From positions 28 through 64,027 of the forward strand of contig CAURVH010000007.1 of NCBI GenBank assembly GCA_963528645.1: a stretch of DNA of 64,000 nucleotides. The letters are read 5' to 3'. Both the position numbers and the translations under genes were made by a program. The notes below the pieces were generated by a model. It made no database searches, was not told where the DNA came from, and saw only the letters and a list, made by a program, of their open reading frames with translations. Below, piece by piece: positions 1 to 10,538 of the stretch. Position 1 is the first letter of the stretch, and each line of letters begins with the position of its first letter. The DNA comes from an uncultured bacterium. GTDB taxonomy: Bacteria > Bacillota > Bacilli > Lactobacillales > Streptococcaceae.

Positions 1-49
1 TTCAACTCTTTCTATTATACCTACTTTTCAAACTTTGTCAAGGACTTTT

Positions 50-1420
50 TTAATGAATTTGACTTTTTCTTTTCTTGACCAGCTTCACGACTGCTTCTGT
101 TCGTGCGGTGTGGGGAAACATATCGACTGACTGGATATACTGGAGATCATAGACTTTCACTAGTTTAACTAAATCTCGCGCCAAGGTCGAAACATTGCAG
201 GATACATAGACCATTTTTTCTGGAACATAAGCCAGAATGGTATCCAACAACTTATCATCTAAGCCCGTACGAGGAGGATCGACTATCAGTGCATTCGCTC
301 GGTAACCCTCTTGATACCAGCGTGAAATAATCTCTTCAGCTGTCCCCACTTCGTAATGGGTATTGTCAAACCCCATTTTTTGAGCGTTTCGCTTGGCATC
401 TTCTATGGCTTCTGGAATAATATCCATCCCTCTGAGACTCTTGATCTTATTTGCGAAGGCAAATCCAATCGTCCCGACACCGCAATAGGCATCAATCAGA
501 TGATCTTCTTTGCTAACATCTAGAGCTTTAACTGCTTCACTATAGAGAATTTCTGTCTGCTCCGGATTGAGCTGATAGAAGGCACGGGGTGAGAGAGAAA
601 ACTCATAGTCGAGTACTCCTTCTTGAATACTCTCTTGGCCCCAGATAATTTCCGTCTTTTCACCATAGATTTCACTTGTTTTTGCTGTATTTGTATTGAC
701 TGCAACTGTGACGACTTCTGGAAAATCCTTGACTAGGTCTTTGACTAGTTGATTCAAATTAAGCTGGCGATTCGTGACAATGATAATCTGAACTTGACCC
801 GTTTTTCTCGCTCGGCGTACCATGATGGTGCGAACACCTAGCGTTTTTCTCTCATCGGTGATGGGAATTTGATGATAAGTGAGAAGCTCAGCTAGGCGAT
901 TCGCAATCACTTGGGTTTCCTTATCTTGTACCAAACAGTCTTTCAACTCTACGAGATAATGAGAGTTTTGCGCATACAAACCTGCTTTGACCTGATTTTT
1001 AAATTTCCGAGTTTGAAATTGCAACTTAGCACGGTAGTACTTTGGTTTCTGCATTCCGATAGTTGGACGAATTTCATAGTTTTCATATCCTGCAGGGGCA
1101 AATTTTTTCAGGGCTTGATGGAGTAGATCTGTTTTGAACTCTAGCTGTTTATCGTAGTGGAGGTGCATGATTTGGCAACCACCACATTGATTATAAATCG
1201 TACAAGCAGGTACGACTCGAAATTTAGACTTCTTATTAACCTTTAGCAATTTGGCTTCAACAAAGTTACGTTTAATAGAAGTAATCTGACAATAGATATC
1301 TTCTCCTTTGAGGGCGCCTGGCACAAAAACGAGAGTTTTCTGGTAGAAACCGATTCCCTCACCATTGATGCCCATCCGCTTGATTTTTAAAGGTATTTTT
1401 TGTTTTACTTTCAGATTCAT
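50..1420 (-). CDS. 23S rRNA (uracil-C5)-methyltransferase, RlmD/RlmCD (TrmA) family
   Basis: N-terminal TRAM domain, CxxxxxCGGC Fe-S motif, [13 protein letters not shown] motif, VDPPR, YVSC, DMFPHT. Confidence 0.92.
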   Translation of the reverse strand: MNLKVKQKIPLKIKRMGINGEGIGFYQKTLVFVPGALKGEDIYCQITSIKRNFVEAKLLKVNKKSKFRVVPACTIYNQCGGCQIMHLHYDKQLEFKTDLLHQALKKFAPAGYENYEIRPTIGMQKPKYYRAKLQFQTRKFKNQVKAGLYAQNSHYLVELKDCLVQDKETQVIANRLAELLTYHQIPITDERKTLGVRTIMVRRARKTGQVQIIIVTNRQLNLNQLVKDLVKDFPEVVTVAVNTNTAKTSEIYGEKTEIIWGQESIQEGVLDYEFSLSPRAFYQLNPEQTEILYSEAVKALDVSKEDHLIDAYCGVGTIGFAFANKIKSLRGMDIIPEAIEDAKRNAQKMGFDNTHYEVGTAEEIISRWYQEGYRANALIVDPPRTGLDDKLLDTILAYVPEKMVYVSCNVSTLARDLVKLVKVYDLQYIQSVDMFPHTARTEAVVKLVKKRKSQIH

Positions 1421-1457
1421 ATCCCTATCTTATCACATTTTAGGGTATAATAGAACT

Positions 1458-2234
1458 ATGAAAATCACAAAACTTGAAAAGAAAAAACGCCTTTACTTGA
1501 TGGAACTAGATGGACAGCAAACCTCTTATATCACAGAGGATACCATTGTCCGTTTTATGTTGTCTAAAGATAAGGTGATTAGTAAGGAAGAATTGACCGA
1601 GATTCAGGACTTTGCACAGTTCTCTTATGGTAAGAATCTCGCCCTCTACCATCTATCATTTAAAGCCCGAACCGAAAAGGAAGTTCGTGAGTATCTGAAC
1701 AAATATGATATTGAAGAAAAAATCATTAGTCAAGTTATCGCTAACCTTAAAGAAGACAACTTGATTAATGATCGTCAATATGCCTACTCTGTCATCAATG
1801 CAAATCAACTTTCTGGAGATAAGGGGCCTTATGTGCTAATTCAAAAACTGTCTCAAAAAGGGATTGCCAAATCAACTATTGAAGATGTTTTAATGGATTT
1901 TGATTTTTCAGAGGTTGCTCAACGTGTGGCGGAGAAACTTCTTAAAAAATACACGGGAAAGCTTCCCGCTCGTGCCTTGCAGGATAAGATCATTCAAAGC
2001 TTGACGAACAAAGGTTTCTCCTATTCTGATGCTAAAAGTGCCTTTGACGAGTTGGATAGTCAAGTTGATCAAGAAACAACTCAAGAACTCATTTTTAAAG
2101 AGCTAGACAAACAATATACTAAATACGCTCGCAAATATGAAGGTTACGAACTAAAGCAACGTTTGACCCAAGTTTTAGCTAGAAAAGGCTATGATTTTTC
2201 GGATATAGCAAGCGCTCTCAGAGAATATCTTTAA
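1458..2234 (+). CDS. recX: Recombination regulator RecX
   Basis: [13 protein letters not shown] start, [16 protein letters not shown] and LARKGY repeats; ATG at 1458 follows a TATAAT -10. Confidence 0.92.
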   Translation: MKITKLEKKKRLYLMELDGQQTSYITEDTIVRFMLSKDKVISKEELTEIQDFAQFSYGKNLALYHLSFKARTEKEVREYLNKYDIEEKIISQVIANLKEDNLINDRQYAYSVINANQLSGDKGPYVLIQKLSQKGIAKSTIEDVLMDFDFSEVAQRVAEKLLKKYTGKLPARALQDKIIQSLTNKGFSYSDAKSAFDELDSQVDQETTQELIFKELDKQYTKYARKYEGYELKQRLTQVLARKGYDFSDIASALREYL

Positions 2235-2322
2235 CATTTTCAGGTAAAATTCAAAAAAATTAGACCGATTTATGATATAATAGTAAACGATAAACTTATA
2301 AATTGTAGAAAGTTGGTTAGTT

Positions 2323-2856
2323 ATGAAACTTCCAAAAGAAGGCGACTTTATTACAATTCAAAGTTATAAGCATGATGGGAGTCTCCACCGTACTTGGCGG
2401 GACACCATGGTACTAAAAACAACAGAGAACGCTATTATTGGCGTCAACGACCACACACTTGTTACCGAAAGTGACGGTCGTCGTTGGGTGACTCGAGAAC
2501 CGGCTATTGTTTACTTTCACAAAAAATATTGGTTTAATATCATTGCTATGATTCGTGATAATGGGATTTCCTACTATTGCAATATGGCGAGTCCTTACTA
2601 TCTAGATGAGGAAGCCCTGAAATACATTGATTATGATTTGGATGTCAAGGTCTTCACTGATGGTGAAAAGCGTCTCTTGGACGTTGAAGAGTATGAGCGC
2701 CATAAACGCAAAATGAAGTATTCGGATGATTTAGACTATATTTTGAAAGAGCATGTTAAAATCCTTGTTGATTGGATCAACAATGGACGCGGTCCTTTCT
2801 CAGAGGCCTATGTCAACATTTGGTACAAACGCTACATAGAACTAAAGAATCGGTAA
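2323..2856 (+). CDS. DUF402 family nucleoside tri/diphosphate phosphatase
   Basis: [26 protein letters not shown] motifs; usual neighbour of recX. Confidence 0.88.
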   Translation: MKLPKEGDFITIQSYKHDGSLHRTWRDTMVLKTTENAIIGVNDHTLVTESDGRRWVTREPAIVYFHKKYWFNIIAMIRDNGISYYCNMASPYYLDEEALKYIDYDLDVKVFTDGEKRLLDVEEYERHKRKMKYSDDLDYILKEHVKILVDWINNGRGPFSEAYVNIWYKRYIELKNR

Positions 2857-2863
2857 AGTTGTC

Positions 2864-2926
2864 AAACCGGGGTGAGAGCCCTGGTTTTTTTATTTGAAAA
2901 ACCCAGCTTTTCAGCTGGGTTGCTTT
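2864..2926. terminator. Two back-to-back intrinsic terminators between convergent genes
   Basis: AAACCGGGG-TGAGA-GCCCTGGTTTTTTT and AAAACCCAGC-TTTTCA-GCTGGGTT hairpins. Confidence 0.75.
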
Positions 2927-3694
2927 CTATATATCTAATTTAGTAACAGTAAACTTGATGTGGGAATAGTCTTTTTCAACATCCTTATCCAACAAGAAAG
3001 CCGTGGCATCCTTCTTAACCTGAACAAGATCAATGTTCTGGGCTTGAGCTGCATAGACGCATCCACAATAACATTGACGATAAATATCATACTCCTCGCA
3101 CATCTCCACCGAGCGCTTGTAGCCTTGATTTTTCTTGAAATCACTTGGAAGATAGTGGGTCGTATAAATCTTTTGTACATCAATTCCGATGCTGTTGATG
3201 GTTTGAGAATTCTTATGAGGACTGATGGTTAAAGCCGAACCAAAGTAGTCAAAGCCCAAGTCCATAGCTACCTGTGCTGTTTTGTCCAAACGGTAATCAA
3301 AACAAACCTTGCAACGATCACCACCTTCTGGTTCTTCTTCCAGTCCTCTGACTAACTTCCGATATTCATTGGGTTCATAAGGCGCTTCTATGTACTGGAC
3401 CGTATTTCCTGTTCGCTCATTGAAATCACTGACAAATTTCTTGGTGACGTAAGCCCGCTTGTGGTATTCTGCTTTGGGATGGATATTGGAATTGGCAAAA
3501 TAGATGGTTACATCAGCGTACTTGGTCAGGTATTCTAGGGTATAGGTACTACAAGGAGCACAGCAAACATGCATGAGAATAGTTGGACGTTCCTCATTTT
3601 TTTCCCAAACCTGAACCATTTTCTGCATGACACGGTCATAATTAATCTTCTGATTGGGATTCATCTTGCTCAGAATTTCTTCTACATCGATCAT
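2927..3694 (-). CDS. queH: Epoxyqueuosine reductase QueH
   Basis: HVCCAPCS, NSNIHP, RCKVCFDYRL, YRQCYCGC motifs. Confidence 0.92.
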   Translation of the reverse strand: MIDVEEILSKMNPNQKINYDRVMQKMVQVWEKNEERPTILMHVCCAPCSTYTLEYLTKYADVTIYFANSNIHPKAEYHKRAYVTKKFVSDFNERTGNTVQYIEAPYEPNEYRKLVRGLEEEPEGGDRCKVCFDYRLDKTAQVAMDLGFDYFGSALTISPHKNSQTINSIGIDVQKIYTTHYLPSDFKKNQGYKRSVEMCEEYDIYRQCYCGCVYAAQAQNIDLVQVKKDATAFLLDKDVEKDYSHIKFTVTKLDI

Positions 3695-3820
3695 GTTCTT
3701 CTCCTTTTACTATTAGTTATTTTACCACATATCACCAACCAGCTCAAATCTATTTTTTTAAAAAGGTAATAAAAAGAGGGATTCGTATTCCCTCCTTTTG
3801 TGTTTTTTTATGAGTTGCTT

Positions 3821-5455
<1,635 letters not shown>

Positions 5456-5458
5456 CTA

Positions 5459-5743
5459 TTATTCTTCCACGATTGCCAAGATGTTAGCTTCGCCAACGAT
5501 GATGTACTTTTCATCGCCATCTTTGACATCAATACCTGCATGGGCTTCAACTAAGACACGGTCTCCAGGCTTGACGCTTAGAGCTACCAAGTCACCATTC
5601 AAGGTACGAATACCTTGTCCAGTAGCTACAACTTGGGCTGTTTTGGTTTTTTCTTGGGCTGAGCCTGCAAGGACAAAGCCACCAACAGTTTGTTCTTTTT
5701 CTTCGATTTTTAAGACCACACGGTCTCCTAATGGTTTCAACAT
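5459..5743 (-). CDS. groES: Co-chaperonin GroES
   Basis: [10 protein letters not shown] start, upstream of groEL. Confidence 0.98.
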   Translation of the reverse strand: MLKPLGDRVVLKIEEKEQTVGGFVLAGSAQEKTKTAQVVATGQGIRTLNGDLVALSVKPGDRVLVEAHAGIDVKDGDEKYIIVGEANILAIVEE

Positions 5744-5773
5744 CTGTTTTCCTCCATGATGAAATACATATTA

Positions 5774-5800
5774 TTAGCACTCTTTATATCTGAGTGCTAA
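5774..5800. promoter_or_regulatory. CIRCE element (HrcA operator) of groESL
   Basis: Perfect TTAGCACTC-N9-GAGTGCTAA. Confidence 0.97.
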
Positions 5801-5823
5801 TTCATAGTTCTATTGTATCACTT

Positions 5824-5840
5824 GGTCAGAAATAGTCAAG
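5824..5840. promoter_or_regulatory. CtsR box overlapping the groESL -35
   Basis: GGTCAGA-AAT-AGTCAAG heptad direct repeat resembling RGTCAAA-NAN-RGTCAAA; dual HrcA/CtsR control of groESL is known in streptococci. Confidence 0.8.
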
Positions 5841-5898
5841 AAAAAAGTCTGACTTTCTCAAGATAAAAAGCCTGAGACCAACTCAGACTTTTCAATGC

Positions 5899-6294
5899 TT
5901 AAAATGGCAATTCTTCCTCTTCCAAGACCAAATCTGCCAAATCCTGTCCTGCATTATTTTCACGCATGGCACGTTGGGCGCGGCTTTCCAATAGTTGGAA
6001 TCCTGTGGCAAGAACTTCAGTCACATAGTTCATTTGACCATTTTTCTCGAAGCGACGGGTACGAAGTTCTCCATCCACAGAGATAAGACTACCTTTAGTT
6101 GCGTAGCTTGCCAAGGTTTCAGCCAATTTTCCCCAAAGAACAAGATTGATAAAGTCGGCTTCGCGTTCCCCATTTTGGTCTTTGTAACGACGGTTCACAG
6201 CAATAGTTGCGCGCGCTACTGACTTGTCATTGTTGGTTTTGTGCAATTCTGGTGCTGCCACGATTCTTCCAATAAGAATAACTTTATTAAACAT
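5899..6294 (-). CDS. ssbB: Competence single-stranded DNA-binding protein SsbB
   Basis: NKVILIGR OB-fold, short acidic EEELPF tail, cin-box upstream. Confidence 0.95.
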   Translation of the reverse strand: MFNKVILIGRIVAAPELHKTNNDKSVARATIAVNRRYKDQNGEREADFINLVLWGKLAETLASYATKGSLISVDGELRTRRFEKNGQMNYVTEVLATGFQLLESRAQRAMRENNAGQDLADLVLEEEELPF

Positions 6295-6314
6295 TTTTCA
6301 TCCTCCTACTTATC

Positions 6315-6322
6315 TATTCGCA
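6315..6322 (-). promoter_or_regulatory. ComX (SigX) cin-box of ssbB, variant TGCGAATA
   Basis: Minus strand TGCGAATA (1 mismatch to TACGAATA), T-rich tract upstream, about 20 nt before the start. Confidence 0.8.
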
Positions 6323-6369
6323 GAAAATCAAAAAAAGTTACAAAAATTTGTAACTTTTCGAGAAATTTT

Positions 6370-7131
6370 TTACTTTTTATGAACCATGAAACCTGTCGCC
6401 TGTTGATTGGCCATAATGGTCATATCTGTAATCTGCACACGACGAGGCTGACTGGTCACATAAACAACCGTATCTGCAATATCCTGAGCTTGCAAGGCCT
6501 CAATTCCCTGATAGACGGTCGCAGCACGCTCTTTATCACCATGAAAACGAACTGTAGAGAAATCTGTTTCGACAATCCCCGGTTGAATAGTTGTCACCTT
6601 GATATCCGTTGCAATCGTATCAATCCGAAGCCCATCTGAAAAAGTCTTGACAGCAGCCTTGGTGGCTGAATAAACAGCTGCACCCGCATAGGCATAAATT
6701 CCTGCGGTTGACCCCATGTTGATGATATGTCCCTGATTGGCTTTTACCATTGCTGGCAAGAAACAGCGAGTGACTGCCATCAAACCTTTGACATTGGTAT
6801 CCAACATGGTCAGCATATCCAACTCTTCATAGTCCTGATAGGGAGCCAAGCCAAGAGCTAGTCCAGCGTTATTGACCAAGATATCAATCTGCCCTATCGT
6901 TTCCAAAATATCAGAGCAGACAGTCTTGACCATAGTCATATCCGTCACATCCAGTGGAAAGGTCCAAACTGTTTGATTTGGAAAAGTTTCTGCAAACTCT
7001 GACTTGAGAGTCTCTAGTCTGTCTGTCCGTCGCCCTGTTAGAACGACATTCTCCCCCTGCTCCAGATAAGCACGCGCAATCGCTTCACCGATTCCTGAGG
7101 TCGCTCCTGTAATCACTACATTTCTCGCCAT
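6370..7131 (-). CDS. SDR family oxidoreductase (YdfG-like)
   Basis: TGATSGIG, NNAG, YSATK; start reassigned to MARNVV after a GAGGGG RBS. Confidence 0.9.
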   Translation of the reverse strand: MARNVVITGATSGIGEAIARAYLEQGENVVLTGRRTDRLETLKSEFAETFPNQTVWTFPLDVTDMTMVKTVCSDILETIGQIDILVNNAGLALGLAPYQDYEELDMLTMLDTNVKGLMAVTRCFLPAMVKANQGHIINMGSTAGIYAYAGAAVYSATKAAVKTFSDGLRIDTIATDIKVTTIQPGIVETDFSTVRFHGDKERAATVYQGIEALQAQDIADTVVYVTSQPRRVQITDMTIMANQQATGFMVHKK

Positions 7132-7172
7132 CTTATCCCCCTCTATCTGGTCTATCAAATACCGACAATTTC

Positions 7173-7799
7173 CTAGGCCGTCCAGTGTTTGGCTGGGTCA
7201 AATGGAGTTCCGACAACTTGGTCTTCTGATAATTCAATAACCCCACGTTTTTGCGGAGCATTTGGCAAATGCAATTCACGAGGGCTGCACATCATGCCAA
7301 AACTCTTTTCACCGCGAAGTTCGCCTGGGAAAATGAGGTTTCCTTTGGGCATCATAGCTCCCGGGAGAGCTACAATGGTTTTCAACCCAAGACGCGCATT
7401 GGGAGCCCCTGCAACAATTTGCACTGTCTTGTCACTTGCGACTGCAACTTGGCAGATATTGAGGTGGTCACTATCTGGATGAGCTACCATGTCGACAATC
7501 TCACCGACAACAAACTTAGGTTCCTTATCATTAACAATTTCTTCTGTAAAGCCTTCCGCCTGCAATTCTTGGTTCAAACGTGCTACTTGCTCATCTGATA
7601 AAAAGACTTGACCGCGCTCTGCAATTTCAAACAAACTTGAAACTTCGAAAATATTCCACGCCACTGTTTCTCCATTTTCTTTGAGGAACACACGGGCTAC
7701 CTTGCCTTTACGCTCCACATCCAGTTTGGCATCTCCGCTGTTTTTCACGATGATCATAAGGACATCGCCGACATGTTCCTTGTTATATGTAAAAATCAT
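7173..7799 (-). CDS. YtpR-family tRNA-binding protein (DUF4479 + OB fold)
   Basis: HPDSDHL, QIVAGAPN, GMMCSPREL. Confidence 0.88.
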   Translation of the reverse strand: MIFTYNKEHVGDVLMIIVKNSGDAKLDVERKGKVARVFLKENGETVAWNIFEVSSLFEIAERGQVFLSDEQVARLNQELQAEGFTEEIVNDKEPKFVVGEIVDMVAHPDSDHLNICQVAVASDKTVQIVAGAPNARLGLKTIVALPGAMMPKGNLIFPGELRGEKSFGMMCSPRELHLPNAPQKRGVIELSEDQVVGTPFDPAKHWTA

Positions 7800-7813
7800 T
7801 GTTTCTTTTTCTC

Positions 7814-8131
7814 CTATTTCAGTCCTGCTAAAAAGTCATTAATTTGTTCCTTGCTTTTACGGTCACGATTTACAAAACGGCCGACTTCCTTGTCCTTTTC
7901 TAGCACAACAAGGCTAGGAATCCCGTACACATCCCAGAGTTTGGCCAGATCCAGATACTGGTCTCGATCCACTCGAATAAAGGTGAATTCTGGATTGGTC
8001 TCCTCGATCTCTGGCAAGGCAGGATAGATATAACGACAATCGCCACACCAGTCCGCCACAAAAAGGAAGACCTTCTTGCCATCCTGCTCGACAAAACCTG
8101 CGAGCTCTTCTATACTACTAGGAGTTATCAT
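7814..8131 (-). CDS. Thioredoxin family protein (YtpP-like)
   Basis: WCGDC active site. Confidence 0.9.
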   Translation of the reverse strand: MITPSSIEELAGFVEQDGKKVFLFVADWCGDCRYIYPALPEIEETNPEFTFIRVDRDQYLDLAKLWDVYGIPSLVVLEKDKEVGRFVNRDRKSKEQINDFLAGLK

Positions 8132-8418
8132 AAGACTTCCTCCTCATAGACCAGATCTTCATTTTCATAGACAAAGGTGTAATGACGGCCATCCTCAAAA
8201 ATGACTCCTCCGACGAGTCGCTCTAGACTACTTTCGTAGACTTGAATATAGAGTGTCGCAATCTCTCCCATATCTGAGAAAAGATCCCGCACAATAGCGG
8301 TCAACTCTTCCTGAGTCTTCATGAGTTTGTGGTTATCTGCTACTTTTTTAGCCCCCAAAGCAAGGGCACTTAGACCAGCCACAGTCAAGCCAGTCATCCA
8401 TAATTTCTTAGCTTTCAT
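8128..8418 (-). CDS. DUF4651-type conserved protein
   Basis: N-terminal hydrophobic helix, GGVIFEDGRHYTF; first gene of the trx/ytpR/SDR operon. Confidence 0.75.
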   Translation of the reverse strand: MKAKKLWMTGLTVAGLSALALGAKKVADNHKLMKTQEELTAIVRDLFSDMGEIATLYIQVYESSLERLVGGVIFEDGRHYTFVYENEDLVYEEEVL

Positions 8419-8523
8419 ACCTTTCATTGTAACACAAAAAGGGTTTTAGGACAAATGAGGAAATATGGATTAGGGCAAGTAAAAAGCCCCTTCCCTTAGT
8501 AAGAGGAAAAGGACTTCTCATTC

Positions 8524-8649
8524 TTACTGCCAAGCACCTGAACTGCCAACGTAATAGTCATCAGGTGTGAAGGTGTTACGAAGCATTTTACCAGATGAAT
8601 CTAAGTAGTACCACTTGCCTTGGATTTGAATCCAAGCATTGGACTTCAT
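8524..8649 (-). pseudogene. 41-aa ORF of choline-binding (CW_binding) repeat sequence; remnant or mini-protein
   Basis: Manual translation MKSNAWIQIQGKWYYLDSSGKMLRNTFTPDDYYVGSSGAWQ*; AAGGAGG RBS 8 nt upstream; terminator at about 8480-8518. Confidence 0.8.
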
Positions 8650-8697
8650 GGCACTCTCCTCCTTTGTTTACATACCATAAAGTGGATACTATAAAAC

Positions 8698-9405
8698 TCA
8701 ATAAATGTCCTGAACCACCGTGCGATTTCCTTCGAGTGAAATGACTTTCTTTTCAAACTGTAAATCAGGCATGCAAGCAGCCAAATCCTTTTCAATTTCT
8801 TCTAACGCTTCTAAACGCATTTCTACCGAGGTATTTTCATTCCCTTGAATGATGAAAATAGCATTTTTTGTATCTTCATCAAATTTGTAATGTTCACTAT
8901 CGCGAACATCCAGCCAAGCTAGAACTCCATTTTCATCCCGATAGACATAGTCCGTCTGTGCAACGTGCTTCTCCGTTGACAAGATAGGTAGGAAAATGTC
9001 CTCCCTTTGACTAACAGAAAACTCTATCTGCCCTCCAATCTTATCCAAATCATGCCCACCAATCGCCAGCAAAGAAGAAAGTGCCTCTACATTGTAGATA
9101 TCGATGATACTATTAATGTGAGGAAGGGAACCACGATGCTGGATATTACGAATAAGGGCGACAACCGTTGGCGGATTCTTCTTGACGCTACGCCCGACTC
9201 GCTGGAGCATTTTGGTATAGCCTTGAACAACAGAAGATTCTTGAATTTCCTTCACATCACACTCTAACGCCCATTTCTCCCTCTCCTCTTTCTTTTTCAG
9301 AAAAGCAAGAGGCAAATCAGCGTGAGGAGCCACGTTTTTAGCAATACCAATCACGACATTCTTGATCCCCAAGTCATACAAACTTTTATCTAAACAAAAC
9401 TCCAT
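8698..9405 (-). CDS. Stand-alone B3/B4 (PheRS-beta editing-like) domain protein
   Basis: KNPPTVVALIR, LPHINSIIDIYN, IGGHDLDKI, VYRDENG. Confidence 0.85.
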   Translation of the reverse strand: MEFCLDKSLYDLGIKNVVIGIAKNVAPHADLPLAFLKKKEEREKWALECDVKEIQESSVVQGYTKMLQRVGRSVKKNPPTVVALIRNIQHRGSLPHINSIIDIYNVEALSSLLAIGGHDLDKIGGQIEFSVSQREDIFLPILSTEKHVAQTDYVYRDENGVLAWLDVRDSEHYKFDEDTKNAIFIIQGNENTSVEMRLEALEEIEKDLAACMPDLQFEKKVISLEGNRTVVQDIY

Positions 9406-9543
9406 CGGCAGGCGCCTCCTTTAAAAAATGCTCAACTTTCTACTTTTATTTTACACCTTCTAGCCTCTGATTTCAAGGAAATCATCAACTCTCTCCCGAC
9501 AAATAAAAAGAGAAGATCAAACTGATCTCCTCTGTGAGGCTTC

Positions 9544-10134
9544 TTATACTTCGTCACTCGTTTCAGCGTCATCGTCTGAAAACTCGTCGTCTTCTTCATT
9601 GAGTTCTACATCTTCACCCAAGTCATCAGGGGCGATTTCGTTGATTTCCGCATCGTAAGCTTCCACTTCATTTTTCTCATCATCTGGATTTTCATCATCG
9701 TATGAAAGAGCTGGATCTGCTTCGTATGCATCTTCGTCTTCTGGATCATCTGCATTGTAGTCAATAGCATCTGAATCACCGTCCATGAAGGCATTGACAC
9801 GTTTTTTCTTAGCTTTTGGTGCTACTTCATCGTCGTCACTTTCTTCAAGAGCGATGATTTCTTCGTCGATTTCGTCCACACCATACCATGAACGAAGCCC
9901 CCATTTGTTATCACCAAGAGAGATGAAGCTACCGTCAAAGTTCAACTCTGTGTAGAACAAAGGCAAGGCTTCGCGGATATCGCTGTTTGATGTCCCAAGG
10001 TAGTTTTGAATTTCATTTACAAGATCGCTAAAATGCATCTCATGATCGCGACCACGAAGTTCCAAGATAGCACGCGCCACCTCAATCATAGATAGTTCAC
10101 TTTTTTCTTGCCCAGCAAATACTTCTAATTCCAA
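9544..10134 (-). CDS. rpoE: RNA polymerase delta subunit
   Basis: [26 protein letters not shown], acidic tail; TTG start after AGGAG. Confidence 0.96.
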   Translation of the reverse strand: MELEVFAGQEKSELSMIEVARAILELRGRDHEMHFSDLVNEIQNYLGTSNSDIREALPLFYTELNFDGSFISLGDNKWGLRSWYGVDEIDEEIIALEESDDDEVAPKAKKKRVNAFMDGDSDAIDYNADDPEDEDAYEADPALSYDDENPDDEKNEVEAYDAEINEIAPDDLGEDVELNEEDDEFSDDDAETSDEV

Positions 10135-10265
10135 AGCGTTTCTCCTCATTTATACTACTATCGCCAGAGCAGACAGACTCTGACCTCATTTTATCATGTA
10201 CTCTTTATTGTACGATAATTTTGCGGAATAGTCAAAGGTTAAATGGGGGAAAGTGACAGGACTTT

Positions 10266-10328
10266 TTATTTCTTTGCTACCCAGCCGATGGTGTTGATGT
10301 AGGGGTGTACGGGCATGAATTGACTGAG
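10266..10328 (-). pseudogene. Possible 3' remnant of a displaced gene (LSQFMPVHPYINTIGWVAKK*)
   Basis: Short GC-richer, coding-like frame abutting the AT-rich insert; its 5' side is cut by an in-frame stop. Confidence 0.35.
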
Positions 10329-10538
10329 TTTTTTTTATGTGATAAGATGATTTCTAAAATATTGATTTTTCCAGTATAAGATGAATAAATCATTTACTTA
10401 TAAATTTTCATTCAAAAAGGTAAACTATAATCAAATATTATACTTTTTAACCTAAATGTAGCTGATTGATACTTTCTTTTTCTAGAGAAGAAAATTTATC
10501 TGTTTGTTATACAAATTAAAAAGAGCTATTTAGCATCG

